Positions 22,549-32,045 of a stretch of 64,000 nt of DNA are shown here, piece by piece. The DNA lies in contig JBJBDC010000001.1 in NCBI GenBank assembly GCA_047285535.1, forward strand, positions 96,136-160,135. Direction: 5' to 3'. Numbering within the stretch: position 1 is the stretch's first letter; each line of letters opens with the position of its first letter. The position numbers were made by a program, and so were the translations under genes. The notes under the pieces are model-generated. The model saw only the letters and a program-made list of their open reading frames with translations, had not been told where the DNA came from and searched no databases. This DNA is from Synechococcus sp. (GTDB lineage Bacteria > Cyanobacteriota > Cyanobacteriia > PCC-6307 > Cyanobiaceae).

Positions 22549-23078
22549 TTTTTCACTCAGGATGATTTAGCGCCCTTGACCAACATTTTTATAGACTTCT
22601 TCTAATTTAGTTGTAAACATCATATGCAGTTTCCTTTCAATGGATCAAGGTTGTGATTTAGTAGTATCTATTTATTGATTTATTGTTCGCCTTGGGTCTC
22701 TTTAGCATTGATGTCTTCTCTTCCTGTTATATCTTTTGTTGTTTTTGACTGTTGGTGATTTTTGTCCTATTAATCTCTGCTGTTTGTCGGTTTCTCTATT
22801 GTTTTCGTTAGTTTTGAATGATGATTCTATGCATCTTCAAGTTTTTCTGCGGATGGGACGGATTTTCTTTTTTCGATTCCTTTTCTGACTCATTTTTGTG
22901 AGTCGATAGCTTCATTCGTTACTCTGTTTATTCTTTCTGTTTTTATTGATGTAACCCTATGCGATGCCGATCGCGTACTCGTTTCGTCTTGTAGCCAATC
23001 TTTTGTTTTCAGTTTCAATATTAGCAATGGGCTTGGTTTCATTTGGCGCTATAGAGAGCAAGTGCTTCTCATGATCCA

Positions 23079-23366
23079 ATGTGTTTGTTGGCTGTTTTGG
23101 GTTTGTTCCTTCCTCGATTGATTTTGGTTCTGCTCTGGTTAACGAATGCTTCTTTTGTGCTTGAACCATTCAATAATCTGCCTTTGCCCAGCTTTGTTGT
23201 TCCTTTGCTTGGTCTATTTATGGTGCCTACAACGACATTGGGTTATTGCTGGGCGTCAGCCTCTTATGGTGGTTTGAGTACGTTTAGTGGCCTTTTGATC
23301 GTTGCTATTGGCCTTTTCGTTGACCTTGGAATGATTGGCGGCGGACGAGGTGTTGTTCGTCGTTGA
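23079..23366 (+). CDS. Small integral membrane protein
   Basis: 95 aa with three hydrophobic segments; PRL...PTTTLGY pattern. Confidence 0.75.
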   Translation: MCLLAVLGLFLPRLILVLLWLTNASFVLEPFNNLPLPSFVVPLLGLFMVPTTTLGYCWASASYGGLSTFSGLLIVAIGLFVDLGMIGGGRGVVRR

Positions 23367-23385
23367 CTCCTGTTGCCCAACCGGA

Positions 23386-23565
23386 TTAGCGTTCATCAAT
23401 TCCTTCAATACAAAGAGTACTTGCTTTCGGCTGCCAGGTTTTGATCAGTTTCGCATTCGCTTCGCACTGCTCTCTTGAGGCTTGAGGCACTTTTTCTAAT
23501 GCTGCCGTGGTTCGATGGGCCCCGTAGGTTGCCCAGGTGATCATGAGCCAGATGACTGGTTCCAT
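23386..23565 (-). CDS. Small protein with a Cys pair
   Basis: MEPVIWLMITW...SREQCE...STLCIEG. Confidence 0.55.
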   Translation of the reverse strand: MEPVIWLMITWATYGAHRTTAALEKVPQASREQCEANAKLIKTWQPKASTLCIEGIDER

Positions 23566-23656
23566 CGTTGTTCTTAATCGCTTTGATATTCTGCCGTGTT
23601 CCAGCACCTATGTGTGGATCCTGCTCATTAGCTCTATTTGCTTGATATGTTTTGAA

Positions 23657-24310
23657 CTATGTGTCGCTTATTTCATGTAATCTGTCGATTAAAAGGTCGA
23701 CATCCGTTGCAATTCCTCCGTCTTCAGCCCACTCTTCCGGATTAATCCTTTCCTGAATATGCTGATTGAGTCGTGTTCCGTTATGAAGATTGAGAAGAGT
23801 TTGGTTACTGGAGGCCTGAGTGTGTGAACTCTTGACCGCTGATTCTTTTTTTTGACCAATGAGATGACAAGCCAGATGCCTTGTACTCCCAATGGTTCGA
23901 TGCTCCCAGAGGTAGACCGCTTGCCAGGTTCCCAGCACTAACTGACCCTCTTTCACGCTGAGTGTCATGGTCTGATTCGTCAGTGCTGTTCTGATGTGTG
24001 CCGGCATGTCGTCCTTCCCTTCATCGTCGTGTCGATAACGTCGGCGTTGACCATTGGCATCGGGTGGTCCTTTGCCATCTTGTGGGACAAGTGCTTCCAT
24101 CCATGCTGTTAGGTCACTCAATACCCGTGGATCAGCGTTTTCGTTAATCGTGATACTGCAACTGGTATGTAAACAGGTCAGGTGTAATACCCCCTCGTTA
24201 ATTTCAGTTGTTTTGAGCCAGGTTTGGATGCTTTCGTTCAGCCTGGTGAAGCCATTGCCTCTGGTCTTAATTTCTAGTTGGTGCAACGTCTGTTCGAGTC
24301 CCATCACCAC
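23657..24310 (-). CDS. YjbQ family protein (secondary thiamine-phosphate synthase-like) with C-terminal extension
   Basis: HTSCSITINENADPRV, DDMPAHIR, LGTWQAVYLWEHR. Confidence 0.9.
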   Translation of the reverse strand: MVMGLEQTLHQLEIKTRGNGFTRLNESIQTWLKTTEINEGVLHLTCLHTSCSITINENADPRVLSDLTAWMEALVPQDGKGPPDANGQRRRYRHDDEGKDDMPAHIRTALTNQTMTLSVKEGQLVLGTWQAVYLWEHRTIGSTRHLACHLIGQKKESAVKSSHTQASSNQTLLNLHNGTRLNQHIQERINPEEWAEDGGIATDVDLLIDRLHEISDT

Positions 24311-25084
24311 TCAGTCCACTGATGATTCAGGTTTAGCTGTTTCTTCCGACCCTTGGCTCTTAGCGCGGGCTTTAAGCATGAAGGCCTCTCCTGGAACCAG
24401 GTCTACCACACGATCGTCGTTGAATGTTTTCGTTGCAGTTCCATCTAGAAGAGCACTGATTAAACCAGTGAATTTCACGTTTCCACCTGTGGTGCTCGCC
24501 AACACTGTGCATGGGTTGAAACGTTCAATCAAGTCCGGAAGTACGCTGGCGCCAGTAATGAATGAACCTAAGACTGGCAATCCTAGATCAATCACCGGCG
24601 TAATTACTGTGTCGACTGGTCGCGCTGCAAGCTTTGGATCAAGAACACCATGGGGTTCGAGATACAACGATCCATCGGGCCAATCGAGTAGATAACCATT
24701 TTCAACATTGGGTACTGCTGCACCTGCTGTGGCCTCGATTTTGAGATGTTGAAAGGAGTAGGTCTCGCTTGGCTTGAGGACCTCCACCTTTTCAAAACGC
24801 AACCGCTTCACCACCCGTGCTGCGGCGGCTGAGGCCACCACCTGCAGGTTGCGTGGTAGCAATTTCAAACTTGGTCGGTGGCAATGATCTGCTAGGCCTT
24901 GGGTGAGCAATAACAGGTCAACATTTTTTGGAACAGGCCATGGGTGTGGCAGTTCGCCGTGAAGTAGCCATGGGCCGGGAGGGAAGATCAGCGGACCATT
25001 GAGCCAAGGGTCGACCAAAACTCGTAAACCAGCCATTTGCAATAACCAGCCATTGGCTCCGAAATACGTGGCTTGAGACTTCAT
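24311..25084 (-). CDS. MBL-fold metallo-hydrolase
   Basis: GANGWLL, VLVDPWL, TQGLADHCH, ENGYLL, LYLEPHG. Confidence 0.88.
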   Translation of the reverse strand: MKSQATYFGANGWLLQMAGLRVLVDPWLNGPLIFPPGPWLLHGELPHPWPVPKNVDLLLLTQGLADHCHRPSLKLLPRNLQVVASAAAARVVKRLRFEKVEVLKPSETYSFQHLKIEATAGAAVPNVENGYLLDWPDGSLYLEPHGVLDPKLAARPVDTVITPVIDLGLPVLGSFITGASVLPDLIERFNPCTVLASTTGGNVKFTGLISALLDGTATKTFNDDRVVDLVPGEAFMLKARAKSQGSEETAKPESSVD

Positions 25085-25209
25085 GATTGTTCCTTTGAAG
25101 GGTTCTGCCTGGATTCATCCAGCCCTCGATCGATCTCACCAATCCAGGCCACCATGGCCACAAGCGCAAGAATGGAGTCGATCAGCGGAACCAAGCGGTG
25201 AGCTTGCAT
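25081..25209 (-). CDS. 42-aa single-TM microprotein coupled to the MBL gene
   Basis: Manual translation MQAHRLVPLIDSILALVAMVAWIGEIDRGLDESRQNPSKEQS; stop overlaps the next ATG (ATGA). Confidence 0.5.
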   Translation of the reverse strand: MQAHRLVPLIDSILALVAMVAWIGEIDRGLDESRQNPSKEQS

Positions 25210-25261
25210 GAAGGGTCTGTCACTCTTGGAACCGTAGAAGGGCTTTGTCCAGCTCTGTGAG

Positions 25262-26146
25262 TCAGGTCAGAACAGCCAAAGCAATTCCGCTGACAGCCAG
25301 GACTGATGCGCAAACTCCAGCAGCTTGCGGATGATCACCCTCGGGCACTGCCACCAATAAGGCCATCACTGGTGATGTGCTGAGGACCGTGATTCCGACG
25401 CCCAGAGGTAATTGTCTCAACACCACTTGCTGCAAAACAATTCCCACGTTGGTTCCGAGCAGGGTGGCCAAGAGCACCCTTGGCCAACGAATTCGCTTTG
25501 GTCGCGGACGGGGGAAGAGGGTTCTGAACCGCAGCCATGGCAGTAACAGCAACAGCCCTCCAAGTAAGCGAGTGGCTGCGCTTTGCCAGGGAGACAGATC
25601 CGTGTTGATCAAAATGCATCGGGACATCGCTGCACCGCTCACCCCACAAAGCACGGCAAGAACAGCAAGGCCAAGCCCCTGCCATTGCATTCCGTCATGG
25701 AGATCGTCGCGGAATGGGGCATCCGTTTTGCCATTAGGTGGTTGTTGACGGGCTACTAGCAGGACTGACAGCGAGACCATTGCGGCTCCAATCCATGCCT
25801 GTAGCTGGATCCGTTCGCCCATCACAGCAAGTCCGCCTAGGGCTGCGATCAAAGGTGCCAGTGACTCAATCGTGAGGGTGCGTCTTGTGCCAAGACGGCG
25901 CAGGGCTGCCAGATAAAAGCTGTCGCCCAAAGAGATGCCCAGCCCACCGCTGATCAGCAGCCAGGTCAGCGCTTGGCCCTCCTGGATCCATGGCAACGCA
26001 ATCAAGACTGGCAACAACAGCGCACATGCAATTCCATTTTTGAGTCCGTTGAGCTCGAGTGCTGTAAGTGAGGTGGACAGTCCACGCCAGAGGCTGCTCG
26101 CCAACGTCCATGCCAGTGCTGCAACCAATCCCGCTATGACGCCCAT
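25262..26146 (-). CDS. DMT/EamA family transporter
   Basis: About 10 TM segments in two repeated halves. Confidence 0.88.
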   Translation of the reverse strand: MGVIAGLVAALAWTLASSLWRGLSTSLTALELNGLKNGIACALLLPVLIALPWIQEGQALTWLLISGGLGISLGDSFYLAALRRLGTRRTLTIESLAPLIAALGGLAVMGERIQLQAWIGAAMVSLSVLLVARQQPPNGKTDAPFRDDLHDGMQWQGLGLAVLAVLCGVSGAAMSRCILINTDLSPWQSAATRLLGGLLLLLPWLRFRTLFPRPRPKRIRWPRVLLATLLGTNVGIVLQQVVLRQLPLGVGITVLSTSPVMALLVAVPEGDHPQAAGVCASVLAVSGIALAVLT

Positions 26147-26153
26147 GAATCAG

Positions 26154-26405
26154 TTACCAGTAGGGATCCGTGGCGAATTCCACCGTTAGGGATTCAGATT
26201 CAGACTCGGGAACAGTGCTGATGCAGGCCCGCACGACCTTTCCATTCACTTCGATTTCGCAGGCACCACAACTTCCTCCCATGCAACCGGTGGGAATGTT
26301 GATGCCTGCCGCTTTTGCGGCTCTCAGCCAGTCATGGCCTGGAGGACAGGTGCTGTGGCTGCCGTTTGGCCAAGTGATTTGGATGGCGGAATTCGCTCTC
26401 TGCAT
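26154..26405 (-). CDS. 2Fe-2S cluster-binding (ferredoxin-like) protein
   Basis: CMGGSCGAC...RAC. Confidence 0.9.
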   Translation of the reverse strand: MQRANSAIQITWPNGSHSTCPPGHDWLRAAKAAGINIPTGCMGGSCGACEIEVNGKVVRACISTVPESESESLTVEFATDPYW

Positions 26406-26557
26406 CGTGCCTTGCCAAGCAAAACTGCACCCTTGGTCTGATGCAGGTCAACTCTGGTTGATTTTTGAATGCACATTAACGACCCTTTTCCTCAGAGGGC
26501 TACGTCTTTTTTGAGACGTTGAGAACAAACCACACCCAGTGACCCTCTAGGTCTGTC

Positions 26558-28066
26558 TTATGGCAACAGTGGCTCCAGATTGATGTGCTGTTCGAAGGCA
26601 TCGGCAAGGCGATCGAGGAGGTCCTCTCGATGACGGCTGTGATGAGGCTGTTGTTCACTGAGCAGTGCCAATCCTTTGCGTGATCTCAGTTGATTGAGCC
26701 AACGTCGCCGCCAAGGACCGCTTTCAAAGACTCCATGCAGATAAGTGCCTGCTACCAGTCCTCCTCGATCATCCATTGGCTGCACCCAGCCAAGGTCCGA
26801 ATCACGGCAAAGGGGCTTACAGGGTAGGAGAGTTGTCGTCCGGCCATGGTGCAATTCAAATCCTTCCAGACAGAGTGTGCTGCTTCCTGCGGGCCATTGG
26901 GCTTCGCTGTTTCGCTGTCGAAGCGCTTTGTCTCCGCTGAATACGGTGCGAAGCGGTAGGAGACCCAGACCTGGGTGGCAGTTGGTACTGTCCGATGGAG
27001 GCCCCCCCTCAAGACCCTCGGGATCGCAAAGTTCCCGGCCTAAAAGCTGCATGCCGCCGCAAATACCAAACACGTGGCCACCCCCTGAGCTGTAGGCGTG
27101 CAGCGCTGCTTCAAGTCCGCTGCCTTGGATCAAGCCAAGGTCGCGCAGCGTTTGCTTGCTACCAGGAATGACAACGGCATCTGGTGATCCAAGCTCCTCA
27201 CCTGGTGCAACCCAGCGAAGCTGAACCGTAGGTTCAGCTTCCAGTGGATCGAGATCAGAGAAATTGCTCAGAGAGGGGAGCTTGAGCACAGCAATCTCTA
27301 GTTCAGTACGACGCTTTCGTCCTCGCCGTTCGAGTAGATCGAGCGAATCTTCAGGAGGGAAAAGCTCATCCAGCCATGGCATCACTCCTAAAACCGGTAC
27401 ACCTGTGTTGTCTGCAAGCCAGCGTTGGCCTTCATCAAAAAGTTCGCGCCGGCCACGGAATCGATTGATCAAGAGACCCTTTATTAGTGGACGCTCCACT
27501 GGACGCAGAAGATTCAGCGTGCCCACGATTTGCGCGAACACACCACCCCTTTCGATATCTGCCACAAGCAGGCAACGGGCTCGGAGGTATTGGGCTAAAC
27601 GCAGATTGGTGAGATCACGTCGTTGAAGATTGACCTCCACTGGGCTCCCTGCTCCTTCGAGCACCAGGCGACCACCAGGATGAGTGCTTTGTAAGGCCTG
27701 AAGACCGTCGCGAATGGCTTGCCAGCCCGGTTTGAACCAATCGCGGTAATAGTGCTCAGCTCGGGCCGATCCCACACTTCTCCCGAGGTGAATCAGTTCA
27801 CTGGTGGAATCGCCCTGAGGCTTGAGCAACACCGGATTCATTGCGCAGATTGGTTCCAAGCCTGCGGCCCATGCCTGAAGGGCCTGGGAATAGGCCATTT
27901 CACCGCCGTCTTGGTCCACCCAGGCGTTGTTGCTCATGTTCTGCCCTTTAAAAGGCAATGGAGTTTCACCTCTGCGGCGCAGGACCCTACAGAGCGCAGC
28001 CGTCATCAGTGATTTTCCGGCACCACTTGAAGTGCCCAGCACCATGATTGCCTGGGGCGCTCTCAT
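26558..28066 (-). CDS. cobQ: Cobyric acid synthase
   Basis: [43 protein letters not shown]. Confidence 0.96.
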   Translation of the reverse strand: MRAPQAIMVLGTSSGAGKSLMTAALCRVLRRRGETPLPFKGQNMSNNAWVDQDGGEMAYSQALQAWAAGLEPICAMNPVLLKPQGDSTSELIHLGRSVGSARAEHYYRDWFKPGWQAIRDGLQALQSTHPGGRLVLEGAGSPVEVNLQRRDLTNLRLAQYLRARCLLVADIERGGVFAQIVGTLNLLRPVERPLIKGLLINRFRGRRELFDEGQRWLADNTGVPVLGVMPWLDELFPPEDSLDLLERRGRKRRTELEIAVLKLPSLSNFSDLDPLEAEPTVQLRWVAPGEELGSPDAVVIPGSKQTLRDLGLIQGSGLEAALHAYSSGGGHVFGICGGMQLLGRELCDPEGLEGGPPSDSTNCHPGLGLLPLRTVFSGDKALRQRNSEAQWPAGSSTLCLEGFELHHGRTTTLLPCKPLCRDSDLGWVQPMDDRGGLVAGTYLHGVFESGPWRRRWLNQLRSRKGLALLSEQQPHHSRHREDLLDRLADAFEQHINLEPLLP

Positions 28067-28449
28067 AGCCGAGGCCGATGACGGCGGAGCCAGTGATGCA
28101 TGATTTCAAAGCAGCTCGGCGTTGGGATTTCACCAGACCAACGATCGAGAAGCTCTCGGCCCATCGGCGTGAGACGAACCCGTTCTGTCAGCCCTTGTCC
28201 ATCCACTTCCCGACGGAGTACGCCCACCTGGATCAGCCAGATCAGATGATCTTCCGTTCTGGAGCGATTTAGAGGCTTGCTGCTCATGGTCATCCAGTTT
28301 TTTTGGCTGCTGAGCTGGGTGCTGCTCATGGCCTCGTGCTCAAGTGCCTCATAAAACGAACGGCGAAATGGAAGGCAGCAGATGGCCTGCTGTGCCCGAT
28401 TCACCGCACGTGCCGATATCAGGGTTGTGGATGTTGTGGATAACGTCAC
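28063..28449 (-). CDS. Npun_F0494-type conserved cyanobacterial protein; start uncertain
   Basis: [18 protein letters not shown] motif; abuts cobQ. Confidence 0.8.
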   Translation of the reverse strand: MTLSTTSTTLISARAVNRAQQAICCLPFRRSFYEALEHEAMSSTQLSSQKNWMTMSSKPLNRSRTEDHLIWLIQVGVLRREVDGQGLTERVRLTPMGRELLDRWSGEIPTPSCFEIMHHWLRRHRPRL

Positions 28450-28582
28450 GACCTTGTCGATTTGTGCTTCATTCTCCTCTCGCTTTGCTCTGGGCGTGGC
28501 GGGCAACGCCGCTGTGATGGATGGGCGCGCCCGTTTTGAACGGGATCGTCATCAAAATGATGGGATTGCTTGCTTGCTTGCT

Positions 28583-29221
28583 GTGTTGCTGTTGGCTTCC
28601 GCTTCCCCGGCGCGGCGTCGTCTGCTGGAGCAGGCTCATCTTCTTCATCAGGTGATGGTGAGTGGGGTGGATGAAGATCAGATTCATCATGCGAATCCTG
28701 CGCAGTTGGTGCAGCTTTTGGCTGAGGCCAAGGCTTCAGCCGTGAAGCTGAAACTGGATCAGCGCTCTGAGGTCGCTGCGTCCATTACGGCGGTTCTCGG
28801 TTGTGATTCAGTGCTGGAATTTGAAGGAGAGGTGTTTGGCAAGCCACTCAATCGGGACGAGGCGGTCCGGCGTTGGCGGCGCATGCGAGGGGAATGGGGT
28901 CAGTTGCATACGGGCCATTGTTTGTTGCATGGCCCTTCTTTGCTTTCGGAAGACAGAGGAGATCTAAAGAAGCAGCTCATCACCTGTGTCACGACGCGTG
29001 TGCTGTTTGCCAATCTCACCGATAGCGAGGTTGAGGCTTACGTGGCTTCAGGGGAGCCTCTGCAATGTGCGGGTGGGTTTGCCCTCGAGGGGCGTGGTGG
29101 CTGCTGCGTCGAACAAGTAGAGGGTTGTTACTCCAATGTGATTGGTCTCAGCCTGCCGTTGTTGCGTCGTTGGTTGTCTTCCCTTGACTGTGGGTTGTCA
29201 TTTTTCTCTGGCCGTAGCTAA
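28583..29221 (+). CDS. maf: Maf family nucleoside triphosphate pyrophosphatase (GTG start at 28583)
   Basis: [31 protein letters not shown]. Confidence 0.92.
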   Translation: MLLLASASPARRRLLEQAHLLHQVMVSGVDEDQIHHANPAQLVQLLAEAKASAVKLKLDQRSEVAASITAVLGCDSVLEFEGEVFGKPLNRDEAVRRWRRMRGEWGQLHTGHCLLHGPSLLSEDRGDLKKQLITCVTTRVLFANLTDSEVEAYVASGEPLQCAGGFALEGRGGCCVEQVEGCYSNVIGLSLPLLRRWLSSLDCGLSFFSGRS

Positions 29222-29249
29222 GTCACAAATAGGTTTATCGACGTGCACC

Positions 29250-29504
29250 ATGACCCGCTTGCTTGGCCGCTGCTTTTCCTTATTAATCCTGACGGCTGGT
29301 GTGGCGCCCGCCTTTGCCTTTGAACCCCTGCAAAAATCCTTCAGCACGACTCCCGTAGAGGAATCAATCGATATCAGCGCCGAGCAGGTGCATTTCTCAT
29401 CAGATGACCTAAAGCGTTCTCAGACCTCATCGGCTAGTCCTGTTCCTCCTGGTGAGAAGGGCAGGGCACCGAAGGGATATTCCGTGTTGGATGTGGGTTT
29501 CTGA
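29250..29504 (+). CDS. Small secreted protein
   Basis: MTRLLGRCFSLLILTAGVAPAFA signal peptide (AxA); ends YSVLDVGF. Confidence 0.6.
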   Translation: MTRLLGRCFSLLILTAGVAPAFAFEPLQKSFSTTPVEESIDISAEQVHFSSDDLKRSQTSSASPVPPGEKGRAPKGYSVLDVGF

Positions 29505-29574
29505 GCGTTTATCAGCGAACCCCGGTCATTGTTATGACCTTCAACCTCATCACCTCTAACCCCACAAAGCGCTC

Positions 29575-30507
29575 ATGGCGTTGCTATGGCTTTGGTTAGG
29601 CGCCGTTGGCTTGGGGCTGAGCCTTAGCGGTTGCCGGCCAGGGAGTGAAACCTCTCACGTGGAACCCTCCACTGTGGTCGGTGCTGGAGCCACGTTCCCA
29701 GCTCCGTTGTATCAACGCTGGTTTAGTCATCTTCGGGTTCGTCAGGGCCTCAGCCTGGGATATGACCCGGTGGGCTCCGAAGATGGGGAACACCAGCTTC
29801 TGGCTGGGATCGTGGACTTCGCAGGCACTGAGCTCGATGATCACACCGGCCTCTTGCTTGGTTTGCGTAGCGACCGATGGCTGCGCATTCCCGTGACGGC
29901 TGGGGCCGTTGCCATTGCTTATAACCACCCTGGCTGCGAGCTCTCCCTGACCCGTGAGCAGTTGCGGCTGATTGTCTCTGAGCAGATTGACGATTTCGGT
30001 CAACTTGGCTGTGCCAAACAACCGATCACTTTGTTCGTGCGTCAGAACGGCTCAGGCACAACGGCGCATCTGCGCCGTTACCTGAACGCTACTGCTCAGG
30101 TCTGGCATCACCCCAGGGCTTTGCGCGTGAAGAGCAATGAGGCGATGGCCACAGCCCTGCTGCAGCGACCTGGGTCGATTGGCTACCTCAACACCGTATT
30201 TCTCAATGGCCGTCGCAGCTTGCAGGTGGCTTCTCTGGAGACGGATCAAGGCTCGTTTGCGTTTCCTGAGCGGGCGCTTGAGATTGAGGGTCCTGATCAT
30301 TCCAGAGTTAGATATCCACTGACTGCAGTCAGTTGGATGGTGATGCGCCGCAAGGGGTTGGCAGACAAGGCTGCGGTGTTGAGAGAGGCCATTGCTTACG
30401 GCCTTTCTGCAGAAGGACAAGCTGCTGCCTTGGGCCTTGGTTATCTCCCCTTGCCTGAGGCTCTTTTGGAGCACGCACGGTTGCAACTCGAGGCTTTGCA
30501 GCCATGA
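29575..30507 (+). CDS. Divergent PstS-like substrate-binding lipoprotein
   Basis: LSG-C lipobox, GAGATFPAPLYQRW, AVAIAYNHPGC, RQNGSGTT, GSIGY. Confidence 0.85.
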   Translation: MALLWLWLGAVGLGLSLSGCRPGSETSHVEPSTVVGAGATFPAPLYQRWFSHLRVRQGLSLGYDPVGSEDGEHQLLAGIVDFAGTELDDHTGLLLGLRSDRWLRIPVTAGAVAIAYNHPGCELSLTREQLRLIVSEQIDDFGQLGCAKQPITLFVRQNGSGTTAHLRRYLNATAQVWHHPRALRVKSNEAMATALLQRPGSIGYLNTVFLNGRRSLQVASLETDQGSFAFPERALEIEGPDHSRVRYPLTAVSWMVMRRKGLADKAAVLREAIAYGLSAEGQAAALGLGYLPLPEALLEHARLQLEALQP

Positions 30508-31244
30508 GAGTTCGTGTTCCCCTCAAGCTTTCAGCGCAAGCCATCCGAGCGAAGGAGCATCACTTCCCGATGTTTCTGCTCACGGCGCTGTTGCCGATTG
30601 TGATGTTCCCCGTGGCTCGATTGGATGGATTCCTGTTCCAGCGGATAGCTCTTCCCTTGTCGGTCACGTTGCTGGTGTTGGAGTCCCTGCGGGCCATGCC
30701 GTCCTGGGTGGCTCAATTGGGCCCCATTCGCGTCAATGGGATCTACTGCTGCCTCGGTTACATCTCAGTGGTTGCGGTGTGGCTTCCTTTGCTGCCTTGG
30801 CAGAAGCTTCCCTTCGCTCTACAAATCATTTTGTTGGGCCTGCGGGCTGTCTTTTATCTGCTCACTGCAATCCGCATCGTTCAGGTGCTGGCCAATTGCG
30901 AGCGTGTGTCTGGGAAAACTCTGAGTCTGGGTGCCGCTGGCTATGTGCACCTCGGTTTGACGGCGGGTTTGCTGGCCACGGTGTTGCAGATGGCAGACCC
31001 TGACAGCTTCAATCTCGGTGCTGTTCCAGTGCAGGAATCCTTGGCTGCACGGTTGTCGTACTTTTCGTTCGTTACCTTGGGAAGCCTCGGTTATGGAGAT
31101 GTGGTACCAGCCAGTCCCATCGGGGAATCTTTCGCCGTTTTGCTGAGTCTCAGCAGCACGTTGTATCTCAGCTTGTTGATTGGTTTACTGCTGAGTCGCT
31201 TTATTACCTCAAGGGAAGACGAGATGCAGGAGAGACAGCAATGA
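30504..31244 (+). CDS. Potassium-channel family (Ion_trans_2-like) membrane protein 1
   Basis: YFSFVTLGSLGYGDVVP pore loop flanked by TM helices; ATGA overlap with the upstream gene. Confidence 0.85.
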   Translation: MRVRVPLKLSAQAIRAKEHHFPMFLLTALLPIVMFPVARLDGFLFQRIALPLSVTLLVLESLRAMPSWVAQLGPIRVNGIYCCLGYISVVAVWLPLLPWQKLPFALQIILLGLRAVFYLLTAIRIVQVLANCERVSGKTLSLGAAGYVHLGLTAGLLATVLQMADPDSFNLGAVPVQESLAARLSYFSFVTLGSLGYGDVVPASPIGESFAVLLSLSSTLYLSLLIGLLLSRFITSREDEMQERQQ

Positions 31245-31954
31245 GCACGTGTTCATTGGCATTGCGTCTGCAGAAATTAGAACCCTGGTTTTATCAGTTT
31301 TTGCTTGCAACCCTGCTGCCTCTCTTGGTGATGCCTTTCACCAACCTTGATGGCAACGTGATTCAACGGGTGCTGTTGCCTCTGAGCACGTTGTGGATGG
31401 TGGTGGTGTCAGTGCGGATTGTGCCCAGGGATCTGTTGTTTATTGGCCGTTGGAAACCCTTTGCTCTCTACAGGCCCCTGGCTTTGTTGTGTGTTGTGGT
31501 GATGTGGCTGCCTTCTCTGCTCGGGCATCACACGTCGCTGACGCTGCATTGGCCGGTCCTGACAATCATTTGCAGCTTTTACCTGGTTACGGCCGTTGCC
31601 ATTGTGCTGATGCTGGCCAAGGTGGGACGCGTGAATGAACCCGTGCTTTGCCTCGGTGCTGCCGGTTATATCCACCTTGGTTTGACTGGCGGTCAGTTGG
31701 CGACAGCCTTGGAAGTGTTGCAGCCAGGCACCTTCAGCCTTGGCTTGATGTTGCCCGGTGAGGAACTGGTGGAGCGTTTGAGCTATTTCTCATTCGTTAC
31801 CCTTGGAACCCAGGGGTATGGAGACGTCCTGCCGTCGACGGCTACGGCAGAGAGTTTTGTGGTGTTGCTCAGTGTTTCAGCAACTTTGTACGTCACATTG
31901 ATGATCGGCTTGCTGGTGAGCCGTTATCTGCAAACACGAAAAATTGAAATTTAG
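31241..31954 (+). CDS. Potassium-channel family (Ion_trans_2-like) membrane protein 2, paralog of the preceding gene
   Basis: YFSFVTLGTQGYGDVLP pore loop; shares LGAAGYxHLGLT with protein 1; ATGA overlap. Confidence 0.85.
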   Translation: MSTCSLALRLQKLEPWFYQFLLATLLPLLVMPFTNLDGNVIQRVLLPLSTLWMVVVSVRIVPRDLLFIGRWKPFALYRPLALLCVVVMWLPSLLGHHTSLTLHWPVLTIICSFYLVTAVAIVLMLAKVGRVNEPVLCLGAAGYIHLGLTGGQLATALEVLQPGTFSLGLMLPGEELVERLSYFSFVTLGTQGYGDVLPSTATAESFVVLLSVSATLYVTLMIGLLVSRYLQTRKIEI

Positions 31955-32045
31955 AAAATTTAGAGTATTGATGGCTTGTTTAAATTAAAGAACCATTTTT
32001 TCAGCACTTTGGAACTGATTGGGCATGAATTTTACTCTTATCTCC

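Noticed and set aside
24054..28272. Long + strand ORFs opposite yjbQ, MBL, DMT and cobQ
   Set aside because: Antisense shadows of well-supported minus-strand genes in GC-rich DNA.
28382..28582. N-terminal extension of Maf given by the ORF track
   Set aside because: It overlaps the divergent minus-strand gene; Maf similarity starts at LLLASAS (GTG 28583).
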